From Lama guanicoe (Eukaryota), in the NCBI GenBank assembly GCA_013239625.1, contig MU056216.1, positions 9,594,957-9,658,956 of the forward strand: a stretch of DNA of 64,000 nt, written 5' to 3'. A model generated the notes under the pieces. That model did not search any database. It was not told the DNA's origin and saw only the letters and a list, made by a program, of their open reading frames with translations. Shown piece after piece: positions 1-12,795 of the stretch. A program made the position numbers and the translations under genes. Each line of letters opens with the position of its first letter. Position 1 is the first letter of the stretch.

Positions 1-237
1 TGAGCATTCTCACTTTTTGTATTGGGCAACAGAATATTTGAAGCCAGTGAATGCCTAAAACTTAAGTGACAATTAGGATCACAGGGGAGCAAAAGAATTC
101 CCATAGTCCAGTGATTAGGAACTCAGTATTTGTTAACATCAGACAATTGTATTATAAGACATTGAGAAGGCAGAAGCAAAATGATTTTACTGGGTTTACT
201 GTATGAGTAGATCAGTTTACAGTAAAAGTAGAGAAGA

Positions 238-470
238 TTGAGCATTTACAATGTATCCTGCACTGCTCTGAGCTTTATATATATTTCAATTTATTTTGTC
301 CTCAAAAAATAAATTCTTGTAGGTAAGTACTATTATAATACCCATTTTAAAGGTGAGGAAACAGAAGTACGTAGAGTTCACGTAACTTCTCCACGGTGAC
401 GTAGTGGGAGCTGGTATTTGACTAGAGCTCTGGAGACGATGCTCAGTAGTGCTCTCAACTGCTTTCCACA
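238..470 (-). mobile_element. MIR SINE
   Basis: Reverse MIR core cccattttaaaggtgaggaaacaga, flanked by ttgagcatttacaatg and gtaacttctccacggtgac. Confidence 0.85.
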
Positions 471-1964
471 TGAGCATTAACCTGCTGAACCTGTGGCTGC
501 CTTTTGGATTGTATAACGTGCCAAGGACATTTCAGTCTTTTCTGCTTAGGATACAGCAATGAACCATATTACAGAATCAGAATCAGTCACTCACTGTGAG
601 ATTTCTGGTCAGGTTCTTGGTTGTCTAGTGGAAGCAAAATGCTATGTGTCTTACCTTCTTTGAACAGTTAGTACCCAGTACTGCACGATGGCAGGTTATT
701 TTACTAATGCCCTATAATCATTCAATTAAAGCTTATCAAGTGCATATTAAATTATAACACCATTATTTTTTGTAGTTCACATATGGGTATCTTGAAATGA
801 CAGCCACATCAGTAAAATTGTTTGCATTACTCTGCTATAGATCTTTCAGGGAAGACTTAGTATTATATTAATATAATTTGGGGGCATCATTATTTAAAAT
901 CTTTCATGGCTGTTGGGAACAGTGCAAACAAGAGTAAGTTGCTCCCCACTGACCTCATTACAGTGAGATAATCATTGAATGACATGGACATGATTAAACA
1001 GCAGATCCACTCATGGGCAGGAAAAACAAGGAGGAGAAATAAAGGAATCTTTGATGATGCATAGGATCAGAATTAGTTGCTCAAACCCTGGATGAATCTA
1101 AACTTGCTCATCTTAGGGTACACTCCAAAATATACATGCCTTCTTTTTAGTTCTGGAGTTGAAGTCGGGTTAAAAAGAAAAGCGATCTTTAAAACAGAGT
1201 AGTGTTTTGCAGAGTGAAAGTTTATCACGTAAGTCATACTGCCTGTAATCCTTACCCCACAATCTTGCTGAATCAATGGGGAAATTGTTATAGGGAGAGA
1301 GAATGGAAATAATAACGGTCCTTATTTCCCTCATAGGCGGACACTTGGAATGGACAAGAGGGAGGATGCTGAGGAGGTGGAGGAAGAGCATGTTAGGCCA
1401 TGGGAGGGGAGAATTGGGATCTTGTGTCATTATTAGATGGCTGTAGTTTATTGGCTACATGTGCACCATGTTTAATGTCTTTATACACACACTATGCTAT
1501 TTGGAAAATCTAAATCTAAGCAGATACATAAATGTGATTGCTTGCTTTGTGAAAGAGTTCATCATGCTATTAAACTTTTTTTTTTAAAGTATTTTAAATG
1601 CTTTAAACAGCATGATATGGACCAGATTGCATTAAAGTCCACTGAACTATAGGGAAAAAAAGGAGACAGGGAGGCAGGCTCTATTTAGACACTCTCTCAT
1701 CCTTCTACTGTGGCAAGTTTCGGAACTTCACTGGGCATTCATTTGTTGATGGGAAAATGAGATGGTCGGGCAATGATTGCTTACTCTGGTTCTTAAGGTC
1801 TCTCTGTAGTTAAGTCAATATCTCCTTGAACAAGAGTGAAAAGCAGGGGAATTTAAATCTAAAGTAACAGAAGCTGAAAAAGAAACAGAGGAGCTATCTA
1901 ATGTGGAATAAATCAGTTGCTTATACTTTTTCTACATCTTGTCAAGGGAATGGTAAAGTGGAAA

Positions 1965-2113
1965 TCAGTTTAGTTCTACTTCTGATGCTAACTAATTGTG
2001 TGACCTGGGGTAAGTCACAGCTTCTCTGAGCATCCTTTTCTTCTTCCATAAAATGAAAAGTTTGGATTAAGTAAATGTGAAGTTTCCAGTATTCAAATTC
2101 TAGGATTCTGTGA
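1965..2113 (+). mobile_element. MIR3/MIRc-like SINE
   Basis: tgtgtgacctggggtaagtcac core and tail ttggattaag...aattctaggattctgtga. Confidence 0.7.
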
Positions 2114-3837
2114 CCACACGTATTACTTTAAGAGAGAGATGATTCTTATTTACATTTTCCTTAACATATCATTCAACATCTAACGAGACATGCTTCTTTG
2201 ATACCTGTTTAATGCTCTCATTATCAATTTAATAGGAACGTTAGGATGTCCAGTCTTGTGCACTATTTAAATGTCAGTGTGACCTATAATTATAAAGTAA
2301 CTTATAAAAACCTGTCTTTCTCAGGAGTCCTGGACTGTAAAATGGAGCTATTGCGACACCTGGGCTATTGTGAGGACCGTAGGGGTCAGAGAGTGTCCAC
2401 GTAGGTGTATCCACATTCTCACAAAAGACCGTTTTTCTTGATAGAAAATGCTAAATGCAGAAAATTTCACTACTAAGGGGATTAGTGAAAGTTGGACTTG
2501 CACTTTCATTGACTTTTTATCTGAGACTATTTTTCAAGATAGTTGAACTCAAGTAGACTGGAATAAACTCCCTTTTTTCTTTTTTAATGTCCCCAGGGAA
2601 TGGAAATGGGTGTGAGTGATGTATTCTCTCTCATTCCTCCATCAAGTCAAATTGCATCTTGGGGATTTGCCCAGCCTAAGAAGTGGCATCAGTCATCTCT
2701 GGTGGAGGAGATCCCCACCAACTGGGCAGCATCAGCTGAAATTAAACAATCATTTGTTCTTTTGGAATTACCCTTTCTCTATACTTAGCATTCTCCTACT
2801 CGACTACTTTCAGAGATGGAGGGGAATACACTGGCAGAAAGACAGATGGAACACAGAACATTGGGTGGGAATGCATCAGTCATGGATTGCTCAAGTTTCT
2901 TTAAAAAAAAGTGACAACTGTCAGAAATTCACATTTCATGAATCAGAGCCCCTTTCTATTCAGTGCTGGTCACTGAAGGGCCTGTACAAAAAGGATACTG
3001 TTTAACCAGAAGTTACAGGAAAATCTGTTAAGGGAATTAAGTCAACTAACTTTGAATAACATTTTTTAAATTATCACATAGTAAAAATATGAGCAGTCAA
3101 GAAATAAGTACTAGAAGGAAATAAGTAAAGAACAATATGTTTGTCCATGTATAAAACTTAAGAGTTTAACTTTTAACCAAATTTTGACTTTCGTAGCTGC
3201 ACTTCACTGATTTTAGTACCTCTGATTTTATAAACACACATCCCAGATGCAGAAAATTGCCAAATTTGGATTCTGTGGCATTAGGTTAAATTAATATAGA
3301 TTCTTTTTTTCATATCTTTCCCTAACTATAATCAGTGCTGTAATTCTTAGTATATTCTGGACACTGGTCAACTCTTATAATAAAACAAGATTTTTCATTT
3401 CCTTAGCAGCCTAATCATGGCAGATTTAGAAGCATGAGTTAGGGAAAAAAAAGCCGCTGCTAGTGGTCTGAGCAATATCAGTTGGTGGCCTGAGCAAATT
3501 TAAAAAGAGAAAATGACAAGTGGGTTTTAGTAAACTTCTTATATAAAGAGAAATAAGTGGGCGGAAATTTAATGAAAACAGGTCATTACTGGGGATGTGC
3601 TCTGTCTTGGCATTTCATTAGTTGTGAGAACGCAGTGCTCAGACTAGGGAAGAAGATACAAGAAGATAACCATGCATTAAACACCAGATATTTGAATGAA
3701 ATAAGGATCATGTAAAAGTCGTTTTCTGTCTCCTCAGGGGTAATCTGAATATAATTTTAGTGTGGGTAAAGACATTATATATTAATTTACATTTTACTTC
3801 ACTATCTAAAGACTTTGAGAGAGTTTAGAGAAGATAC

Positions 3838-3912
3838 AACTGAGTTTAAAAAGATAAATCTGGTGAGAAGAAAACTGACTTTAAAAAGATAAATCTGGTG
3901 AGAAGAAAACTG
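3838..3912. repeat. 35-bp tandem duplication (about 2.1 copies)
   Basis: tttaaaaagataaatctggtgagaagaaaactg is identical at 3845 and 3880. Confidence 0.97.
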
Positions 3913-4464
3913 TAGTTAATAAGATGAAACTAGGGGGAGATGTTATATAAAAATTTACAACATAAGGCCCTGATTAATTATTAAAAGTGGGCTGCAGATA
4001 CAGCTTGAGCCTTCCTAATCTAAGCAAAGAGGAAAACATAATCAGGGAAGATTTGCCGTGCCCATAAGGTGAAAATACACCAGCACATGGTATGTTTCCC
4101 TGTAACTTGCTCTTTGAGAGAATTTTCCCTGGTACTTGTTATAGGAAGAATTTTCTCTTAAGGACTTGATATACAAGAGCAGTTTCTCATACAGATCCCA
4201 TGAAGAGACTACAAGCCATAGTGGATGGTGCTTTTAAACATTCCTACAGTGAATTCAACAGCAAATCTCTTATAGCATTCTACAGTGGAAGCAGGGGCAT
4301 AACAACAAATAATAATTTGGTAAGAATATTTGGGAATGGGGCTGGTAAGTCAAAACAAGAGGTTTCAGTATGTAATCCTCTGATCCTCTGGCTTAATATA
4401 GAAATAGCATGGAGACTATTTCAAGACAATTTCTCCTAGTCTGCTTCTCAGAACTCTAGTTACA

Positions 4465-4502
4465 TAGATGGATGGATGGGTGGATGGATGGATAGATAGA
4501 TA
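4465..4502. repeat. (GATG)n/(GATA)n microsatellite
   Basis: gatggatggatgggtggatggatggatagatagata. Confidence 0.95.
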
Positions 4503-4509
4503 TTCAAGA

Positions 4510-4730
4510 GGAAAATGTTTCTGTGGTTAATTATGTTTGGGAAATACTGCATCCTCTTTCCCTTCTTGGAAATTCACGCTTATGAAAGGCTCAGAGAAAT
4601 CAGGCAGAAAGTAATTTAACTTTGTTTAACTGGCATATTTCATCATGAAATCATTTTTAACAGAGTACAAGGAAGTGACATCTTGCAAAACCAATATTCC
4701 CTGGGGAACACAGTTTGGAAAGTCTGATTT
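4510..4730. mobile_element. hAT-Charlie non-autonomous DNA transposon (MER103-like)
   Basis: ctgtggttaattatgtttgggaaatactgca...cttggaaattcac...aaaggctcagagaa...tttaactttgtttaac resembles the recalled MER103C consensus. Confidence 0.6.
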
Positions 4731-7129
4731 AGAAAGTGCAGGGCCTGTGGTTCATTCAGATAATTCTCTGAACATATTTCTTGCATGAAGTAGGCAGTAG
4801 ATAGCTTGAGATTGTATTTTATAGAGTGACATTCCAAGTATTCTGTTTTCAAACAAGGCCAGCTTTATATACTTTAAAAATCAACTGGAGAAAGGCAGGA
4901 TGGACATCTTTTATGAGAATTAACAGCTAAAGGAAAATTCTAACTTGATTAAGTAGCCCCTGTGCATTTGTCAGTCAGAAAACTGAAGGAGCAGGTATAT
5001 GGACTGAGTTAATCATTATAATAAGACAAAAACAGTCTTCAAAAAACTCTGCAAGATAGGTACTGCTGGGCTGGAAGAAAGAAATGCTTGGTTTTTAGCT
5101 CTAGATCTGACCTACAATAAAGCTGAAGTCCTAGGTGAGTTCCAGAGGGGTCTGATATTACAGCAGCTAATTCGTGATATTCCATTACTGCTGGAAAGTG
5201 GAGTCACCGTCCCATAAGAAAAAAAATTCTTCAGGAGTCTCAAAATCTCCCTGGCTATAGGTGATGTGGGAAGTGGACTCCCGGAAGCTGGGGCACTGAT
5301 AGGTGACTCAGTCAATTTCTGACTTCAAGTGCCAAATGTGTCCTTGGTTACATAAAGTCTCTCTCAGTATGACAGAATAAAGTGAAAATTTTCACTAGTA
5401 AAATCTATTTGATTTAGTCGTGTAAGCAACTTACCAAATTTCACAGGAAGACTACAAATATTTTTAAGGTATTTTTCTCATAACACAAACACAAGTTCGT
5501 GTTTGTGTTATGAATGATGCTTTTTGAGAGAAAGCCACAGAATATCAAAAAGCTACAACAGAATGCATGGAGAATTAGCCACACTGTGTCGCCCAAATCC
5601 CCACATTGTAAAGTCACACAGGACCAGAGCAATCACTGTTGCATAGTGCAGTCTCCAGCAGGGCAGACGTGCAGATTACTATGAAAATGTATACACTATT
5701 GTTTGAAAAGACACAAATTCTCTTTTTCTGAGAAGCTTAGGATCAAAAGGAATTTAAATGGAGTGGTTGGAAAATAACATAAAATTACAGAACGTACTAA
5801 TGCTGTTACAAAAAGGAAATCAATAGAAAGGAATCCAAAATGTCTGGCTGGACTGTCAAATGACTTCCCTCACAAGGCATAGGAATCCTGACAATTTTAA
5901 AGGTCTGAAAGAGGCAGAGCTGACTAAAATGCCAATGATTTGCATTGCCTTGTTTCTCTAACATTCTGATAAAACACTAGGGTGAAACAGTGTGGAGGGG
6001 AGAGTGGAGATTGTGAGGGAGCTCGACAGTCACCAAGTAACTAATTTACATGTCAGTATTTTGAGCTGAAGGAGGCATCTCTTCCTGTATTCCATCTCTC
6101 TTCTTCCTGGTAATTTTGAAAATCATACATATGGATGACAAAAACCTTGGATTAATCTTCAATCTCTATAAGTGAACAATAACATTTCACATACATTTTT
6201 TGTTCACCAAACGACACACTGGAAAAATATGATAGTCATAAAATCATATTTTCCTCTGAAGGTTTTACTACCCCCAAATTAGTTTTACTACTTAAACTTA
6301 CTGTAAGAACTAAGAAATGTTCACAAGTCCAATGATAACGGTAGTCTAACCATTCTCATCTAAAGAAGACTTGAGTTCTTAGTAGAGGATTCAAATCTCT
6401 CCTAAATGCTTTTAAGGACATGTTTCCTGCTAAATGCATTACTCAAAACAGAGAATGAAAAACCATTGCAAGTGTTGTGTGTAACAGTTTCTTATTAATC
6501 AAAATGCCTTTGCTTCTACATCCATCTCTTTGGGTAGGAGGTTCTGCTGACACCCTTCCCCTGCACTTTCCTGTCCTCACCATTAGTATTCCATTCCTTC
6601 TGCTGTGCTTTTAGGAGGAAGGTCTAAGGCAGATAAAGCTGCTTAAATATTTTTATTATTGGCTTCCTAGAAAAGGGTGGGGTGGGGGGCGGAACTTGGC
6701 CAGAAAGAAGAGAAACCAGTCTTACAGGATATCTTGAAGAAGACTGCAAAACAATTTCAGTGACTGAGTTTATCATCTGTGGCTCCCAACATTAAGTGTG
6801 ATGTAATTCCACATTTGAATTTTTATGTATTATCACTGGCCAGGGCTGCCAATCCATTGAAATTGCTTAGAACAGCTCATGAAATGGTAGCACAAGGCAT
6901 AGAGAGACGAGCTTTTGTTTCTTGCCTTCTTCTATGGTGATCTTCCGGGAGTTATTCTGTTGATAGGATGATGAAACCCATGTTCTTAGGGGCAAATAAT
7001 TGAAACACACTGATTAAATGTTAAGAAACACTCTTCTCTTGGTCATGGAGTCAAGAATGTCCTAGAGACACTGTCCATCCAACCCAAATTTTGAACTTTC
7101 TACATTTATAGTTTGGGACAATTGGAAAC

Positions 7130-7340
7130 CTTTGGAGTCATGCAGATTGAATTTGAACTCCAGCTCTGTATCTCCTTAGCAGAGTGACCTTGGCCGAGTT
7201 ACTTAACATTTCTAAGCTTCAGTTTCTCTGCGGCCAAAATGGAGCTAATAATGGCCACTATTTGAGAGTTATTGCAATAAAAGAGAGAGTACAATTAAAT
7301 ACAGAACACAGTGCCTGGCACATACTAGATGCTCAATATA
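7130..7340 (+). mobile_element. MIR SINE, near full length
   Basis: gtgaccttggccgagttacttaac...cttcagtttc...aaaatgg...acagtgcctggcacatactagatgctcaata. Confidence 0.92.
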
Positions 7341-7579
7341 AGAAAATATATTTATATTAAACATATATCTATGTACATATAGCCCTTCGAGGTACTAAAT
7401 CAGCAAGTAAAGAGTAAATTATGTACTACATACCAAGTTTACTAAGGCAGGCATACCTATTGCCACATTTTTTGTGTCCTCAAAAAGTGCTGTAAAATTT
7501 GAAACAGGAGGTGGTTTTCTGTTGTTTTCCTTTTTTGTTTCTTGTTTTCTATCTTAAGCTGTAATGAAAACCACTGTTG

Positions 7580-7745
7580 TTCCCAGCTGTGGCTTCCTAT
7601 GTGTAGCAGGTACTCTCTCAGTTGCCCTGAACTGACCTGAAGTGGTGGGTTTAGGCCACATTTCAACTCATAAAGATAAACAGCAGAGTCTGTTGATCTC
7701 CACCTTCCGCCAATAAAAGAGGCAGGAAGTGTTCCTGGCCCTGGG
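7580..7745. promoter_or_regulatory. Candidate enhancer with DR4, GATA, CCAAT and ETS motifs
   Basis: TGCCCTgaacTGACCT at 7623-7638 (DR4 on minus strand), AGATAA 7674-7679, CCAAT 7710-7714, CAGGAAGTG 7723-7731. Confidence 0.4.
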
Positions 7746-8919
7746 AGTGACTTGGAGGTAAACTCCAGAGCTGAGAGAGGGTAGCCGTGCTGGAGGAAAG
7801 GGGGCTGTGCTCTCATCAGGCTGGAGGGAAAGGCCAGGGAAGGCAAAGGGGGAGGTGGGGCAGGCCCTAGACAAGCCTCATTAACCAGTAATAGATGGTT
7901 GTATCTGTACGTCTGATGGTTTTATCCATAAAATCTGAGTTCCCTTCTCAACATGGTGTGATTTCCCGAGCTGATAAGTCAACTTTGAGATTTTTCTTAA
8001 TTTTGTAGAAACTTTCTGATATTATCGTGGTCTTCGCATAGAGGAGTTCATAGAAAAGAAATGCTGTGAAATGTAAATCAACCTTCTAATGCCCAGTTGG
8101 CAGTTTAAAAACTAAGCACCCTGTTTCTCAAACTAATTCAAACAAATGACTTAAGAAGCTTTCATTGCCCATTTCCTCTAAGGATTTCATCCCTTTTAAT
8201 TGAGGAATATTGTTCATAGTTGCTGAATTCCTCAGCTATGAAAGACTGCATCTGAATATGATCAGTAACATTTGTTGAAATTTGTTCTTAGAGTTGGACT
8301 AAATAAACAAGGATTCTTTTGCTTCCTTTATTTATGGAATATATGTAGTCTTAGGGTCTCCTCCATTTTGGTCCCCTCCCCCCCCCAAAAGAATAGAAAC
8401 AGTAGTCCAGTCTTTATACATCATAACTTAAGTGCTAACCTTGAACTTTGTGAAAGCCTTGTTTTATAGGACAAAATATTGGATGTCTGCATATGGCATC
8501 CTGGAAACTCTAAAAAGCTATTATAATAGTAGTTCCTTCATTGGTAGAATGCGTGACAGTCTGTGGAGCAATTCCATATGCATTGTCTTTTTGAATACAT
8601 GTGTAAGATAGCACTAATCATCTTGGATTAGGGAGCTTTGTTCCCTTGAATCTGCCTTTCAGCGCCATGACAAATGCAGGTTTTCCTACTTCGAAATGTT
8701 TGCAGTCTCATTCTCCTAGGTCATTTCTTCAGAAGCGGTTTGCACTTGGTCTTGTGGTGTGGAAAAGCACATTTCCCTGCGTGGCCTCTGGAAATAGGAA
8801 GAGACTCGCTTGATCGAATAGGAAGCCTAGCAGTGAGCAATATGGTTGTCAAACATTAACTACCCAGGAGAACAGAGATTTCAGAGTCCAACTTTTTCCT
8901 TTCCCCCTTCCATGTAGAG

Positions 8920-9370
8920 TAAAATAGCTCCGGCTTTACAGTCCACTTTCTGCCGGAGCCATTCTGTTTCTGTTTCACGTGACGTTTGTCCTGTCCCTTT
9001 GTCCCCCTCTCCCATCTTCGGTAACTTTAGCAGAGAAGGCCCTGGACACTGCGCCTTCTACCCTGTGACGCCTGTTACTTGGTCCCGTAAGGCGGGAACA
9101 ACGTGGAACTGAGACAGATTCTTTTCAGCTCATTAACTGTCAGTCACGCTTCCTCCTGGCCGCTGGAGCCTGTGCAGCCCTGTCCAGAGGCGCAGACAGG
9201 CCCTGCCGCCCAAGCCGGGACAGAACTTTCCACCGGATCACCCAAGTGAAAAGGAAAGTGAAAGCTGGGGTTTGTCATGGAAAGGCAACATAGCTAACGT
9301 TTCTGTGCATTCAGATCAAATAGCTAGGCCTGAGGGTCGACGATTCGACTTTTTATAAATTTCGCGCCAC
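8920..9370. promoter_or_regulatory. CpG-retaining candidate enhancer/alternative promoter with IRF/ISRE-like element
   Basis: GAAAagGAAAgtGAAAg 9248-9264, TCACGTGAC 8975-8983, GGCGGGAA 9091-9098, TTTCGCGC 9360-9367, locally frequent CpG. Confidence 0.55.
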
Positions 9371-9429
9371 AAATTTTAGCACTTGAAACATTTACAAAAA
9401 TTTTAAGACACTGGCAGTGTCCTCCTACC

Positions 9430-9717
9430 TGCGCTTACTGAGGGCTCGCTGTTACGTCCCGGGGCCTGCTTGCAGGACGGCATATAATGCCGTTTTATTT
9501 CATTTCCATGAAGACCCGAGAGTTTGAGTTTACTAATCTGGAAAATATACATAGTGAGGCCTAATACTCAAGGCCTTACAATATTCATTTTTCAGGTGAG
9601 TAAACAAAGGCTCAGAGAGTTAAGTAACTTTCCCAAGGAACCCCAGCAAGCAGGTGGCAGAGCTGGGCTTCGAACTCAAGTCTGTGTGATTTGGAAGCCC
9701 ACGTGCTTCACCACTGA
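9430..9717 (-). mobile_element. MIR SINE
   Basis: catttttcaggtgagtaaacaaaggctcagagagttaagtaactttcccaagg...ggcagagctgggcttcgaactcaagtctg. Confidence 0.9.
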
Positions 9718-10904
9718 CAACCCCATCACCCTCATAACTGTGTAAGCATGTCTGCCTGGAACCAAAACATGTTGTTTGTTTTCTTCATGCCTTTGGACAT
9801 GATTGGTCCTCTCCCCTCCTCAACCATCCTTCACGTTGTTGGAGGACTTCATTCTGCCTCCAAAATAAGCAGCAACTCCTCTTCATCATCCTCTGTACTA
9901 ACTACCCTCCCACTGCCCTCTTGAGGGCTGGCTGCTCTTCATCGAGGATGTTCTGTCCAAAGTCAACATCAAGGCAGCAGCATTTGACCTTGGGCACCAA
10001 TCTAGCCAGGTTAGGTAGGAACAAACATAACAGAGGGAAAGGTCAATTCCTCCACCCCAACCTCCTTTCCCTACTTCCGACCCTGCAAAATGCCTCCGTT
10101 CTTCCTAGAAAGTGCTGGGGTGGGGGGAGTGTCCACACGCCCCCAGGTTTTCCCAGGACTCATCGGGCCCCGGAGCTCAGCGGCTCACGTGGTCTTCATG
10201 GCAGGCCTTTGCAGGTGAGAATCCAGGTGGGAATTAGGTCAGACCTGTGGTGTGCTCTGGACCCTGCATCTCCAACTCATCAGTTCTGTAGTGGAAGGAA
10301 AGCATGTATTAAACCATGGTCTCTGTTTCTGGAGAGAAGCTCTGGGTGATTTTTTTTTCCAGATTTTGCAATTTTGACCTCAGTCATGGCTGAGGCCTAC
10401 AGACCAGAATAGTCATAGTTGTGCTCTGCACTTGTAGCTGGAGAACAGTAGCCCGTCAGAAGAAAATATCAATGTTCTGCCAACTTCTGCTGTTTGTGAA
10501 ATTTTGCCAGAAGCCAAAACAGGATCAAAAATAATAAACAGACCTCCTCCCTTGCTGCATGACTGCTATTTACATAAAGAGATTGATGAACTGACTGCCT
10601 GTGTGAGTGCTCAGGGAAGAGACTTTTTAAGGGGAGAAAAAGTTAATTATTTGATGCTTGGTTGCATATGATTTGACATTTTCTCAAATAATTGGGTTTT
10701 TAAAGAACCAGCCATAGTATAGATAAACTACTTCTTCAATACAAGCACCTGAAATCGTGGATAAAACAGCCGGGCACATGAATGAATTACATGCAGCTGT
10801 AAAACTTCTGCAGGGAAAATGAATCTTGGAAACAAAGAAACAATGTGAGTCTTGAGTAGAATAGATGTTTCCACTGGAAAGAGAAACCTGACCTGTAGGG
10901 TGAT

Positions 10905-11065
10905 TTTAGGGGACTGGAAGGCAGGAGCCCTGGCTCTGGGACACCTTAGTTCTAACCTGGTGACCATGGATGTTTTTCTTTAACCCCTCGGTGCTTCAGT
11001 TTCTTCATCTATCGAATGAGAATAATACCAGCTCCTGCTATTAATGATATTATTATGAGAAAAAA
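10905..11065 (+). mobile_element. MIR SINE
   Basis: gtgcttcagtttcttcatctatcgaatgagaataatacc core. Confidence 0.8.
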
Positions 11066-12559
11066 GAACTGATGTGGAATCAAGTGAAATGCAGGGTGTC
11101 GTCCTCAGTTCTGACATGGCTCGGTGAGGTCAGGGTGCCTGTTAGGGAATCTCTGGGCCTGAACACAGGAGCCGTACAACGCCAGCCCCGGCTCTTCCAA
11201 GTCCCCAGTTGGACACAAAACATCACACTTACTCCTCTTCTTTGAATAAATTAATAATTATGTCACCTCCGGAGGATATGGGAATAATATGCCCCTCTTT
11301 GATCTTGTTTTTAATTGTTTTTAATTGGTTCCCAAATCGACAAAGTATAGTAATTCTTAGCTCTAGTTTATATTTTCTTTTTATATATTTGATACACTCT
11401 GAGGGAATCTGTGTAATTAATTAGGGTCATTTTAAACTCCAGATTTCCCTCTTATTTTTCTGCCATTCTAAGGTGTCAAGAATTTTACTTTGTATTTTTT
11501 TACTCAGCTAATGAATATTGTTTCACCCTTAAGAATACTTTCCCATAATCATGAGCAGAATACAGCTTTTTAAAGTGAAAGATATTGTGTGATAGACTCT
11601 GGGACTTTAACAAGTCAAAGTGATGGATCATATGCTTTCCAAGGTAAGAATGGCCGCTGTAAATTGGGCTTCCTACCAAGGCTGATAGGTAGCGGGACCA
11701 GTCCTCCTTTAAGCAAGTGTGACTGTCGCACTGGAGGCCCACAAGCACTTACTGTGGTCACAGCGGACACCTGAGTCTGAGAGGCCTGTAGGAACCTGAT
11801 GTCACCTGCCCAGACTATCTGATGAAGGAAGGCTATCCCCGCTGCTTTCCTGGGTCCTTACCTGGCACAGCCTGGCCTGCAAAGTCTTAGGAAAGTAAGG
11901 TGAAAGAGCACACACTTTATAAACATATCCCTTTAAGATGCTGGGGTTTTGTTCAACAGTTTTGATATCAGTTTTTGTTTGTTTTTTTCTCGATGTTGGA
12001 GTATACTGATGATGGTAGATTCCAGAAGGAAGGGCAATTACTAAGCCAAGACTGGTGTGAAAAATCTTTGCAAACTGTTGAACACTCTCTATATATAGTT
12101 ATTATTTGGAAAGGCTGGATGTCTTGAGTGCAGTAGCATTTGAGGGGGAACTTTATGAATAAAGTGGAAAGAGTTTGTTTGATGGAGAAGAGTCTAAGCA
12201 CATGATGGCTTCTCAAAGCCTTTACTCCAATAAAACCGACCCCTAAGAATTTATGGTCTTCTTTCTTCCTTATGAGGATGAGACTAGCCTCTCCACCCGA
12301 CACAGGTTCGTGATGCTCTGAATTTCTCTGCAGCCTTTGGCTTAGCAGATCACACTGCTTATTTATAGCGGGCTCTGCTCAATGATCAGTCATTTAAATA
12401 AATTATAATGTTTTGTGATTGATGTTCATAATTTGACATGGGAGTTAGGAAGTCTTCAGATCTTTGATTTATCAGAGGAAGACTCAGACATCTTTACTTT
12501 GACTCTGGGAGGCTGTGCACTTTCTGAAACTTGTAGTTTGCAGATGCAAATATGCATTG

Positions 12560-12795
12560 AATGAAAGCATGGGTTTCCTTGTGCTCTGGACCTGGGTTCA
12601 AATCCTACTTCCAGCACAAATTGGCTGTGTGATCTTGAGCAAGTTCTATGACCTTTGAAAGCTTGTTTCCTCATCTGAAGTGGGGATGAAAATAATAATG
12701 TCCACAGCCTGGAATTGTTGTGGAATGAAGCACCGTCACACATGCAAAGTGCCTAGCACGGAGCCAAACACTTACTCAGGGCTCAATGTACATTC
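12560..12795 (+). mobile_element. MIR SINE
   Basis: cctgggttcaaatcc...gctgtgtgatcttgagcaagtt...gtttcctcatctg...aaagtgcctagcac. Confidence 0.92.
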
